DNA of 64,000 nt, from NCBI RefSeq assembly GCF_037042905.1, contig NC_087251.1, positions 28,770,001-28,834,000 on the forward strand, read 5' to 3'. Below the pieces are notes generated by a model, which was not told the DNA's origin, ran no database searches, and saw only the letters and a list, made by a program, of their open reading frames with translations. A program made the translations under genes and the position numbers. Below, one piece after another: positions 63,101-64,000 of this stretch; position 1 is the stretch's first letter; the number at the start of each line of letters is the position of its first letter. The DNA comes from Lytechinus pictus (taxonomy: Eukaryota).

Positions 63101-64000
63101 GATGTTTTAGCATACTAACCGATTATTACAGTGAAAATCAAGAGAATCAAGAGGATCCAGGGAGTAAGAATTTTCGACCCCCTCGCCCCACCCGCTACAT
63201 GGAAAATTGGGCAAAATTGGCCAAAATTGAGCAAAATAATATTTGTTCAATATTTCCCCCTAAACCCCCCCAAATCAGCCGTCCTTGCTTCCTGGGATGT
63301 TTTAGCATCCTAACCGATTATTACAGCGAGAATCAAGAGGATCCAGGGAGTTTGAATTTTCGACCCCCTCGCCCCACCCGCGACATGAAAAATTGGGCAA
63401 AATTGGCCAAAATTGAGCAAAATAATATTTGTTCAATATTTCCCCCGAAACCCCCCCAATCAGCCGTCTTTGCTCCCTGGGTTGTTTTAGCATCCTAACC
63501 GATTATTACAGCGAGAATTCAGAGGATCTAGGGAGTTTGAATTTTCGACCCCATTGCCCCAACCGGCGACATGGAAAATTGGGCAAAATTGGCCAAAATT
63601 GAGCAAAATAATATTTGTTCAACATTTCCCCCGAAACCCCCCAAATCAGCCGTCTTCGCTCCCTGGGATGTTTTAGCATCCTAACAGATTATTACAGCGA
63701 GAATCAAGAGGATCCAGAGAGTTTGAATTTTCGACCCCCTCGCCCCACCCGCGACATGGAAAATTGGGCAAAATCGTGCAAAATTGAGCAAAATAATATT
63801 TGTTCAATATTTCCCCCGAAACCCCCCCAAATCAGCCGTCTTCGCTCCCTGGGATGTTTTAGCATACTAACCGATTATTACAGTGAAAATCAAGAGAATC
63901 AAGAGGATCCAGGGAGTAAGAATTTTCGACCCCCTCGCCCCACCCGCGACATGGAAAATTGGGCAAAATTTGCCAAAATTGAGCAAAATAATATTTGTTC
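57161..64000. repeat. Tandem satellite array, ~186-bp monomer (right arm, ~36 monomers, runs off the window)
   Basis: The same monomer resumes in register immediately after the retrotransposon (atac-taaccgattattacagtgaaaatcaa...). Confidence 0.99.

Noticed and set aside
1..64000. CRISPR-like array
   Set aside because: The repeats are contiguous 186-bp units with no unique spacers and no cas genes, and the context is eukaryotic.

Overview
Eukaryotic (most likely animal) satellite DNA. About 54 kb is a head-to-tail array of a ~186-bp monomer (1-47559 and 57161-64000), with nested higher-order repeats and an apparently exact 16,850-bp segmental duplication. The array is interrupted once by an intact, very young Ty3/Gypsy LTR retrotransposon on the minus strand (47560-57160, 9601 bp). 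The element has two 1196-bp LTRs that look identical, a 4-bp ATAC target-site duplication, a tRNA-Leu primer-binding site, a polypurine tract, gag with a CCHC knuckle, and pol (PR-RT-RNaseH-IN) joined to gag by a -1 frameshift signal (G GGA AAC plus stem/pseudoknot). Pol has several unusual features: a dUTPase-fold-like segment after the protease, a Cys-rich plus hydrophobic insert between RNase H and integrase, and an RRSxRxR..F tail resembling a CENP-C-type nucleosome-binding motif. The many 60-470 aa ORFs in the satellite are artefacts of a 186-bp (62-codon) monomer. A centromeric location is plausible but cannot be shown from sequence alone. All comparisons were made by eye and from the ORF track, not by alignment software.
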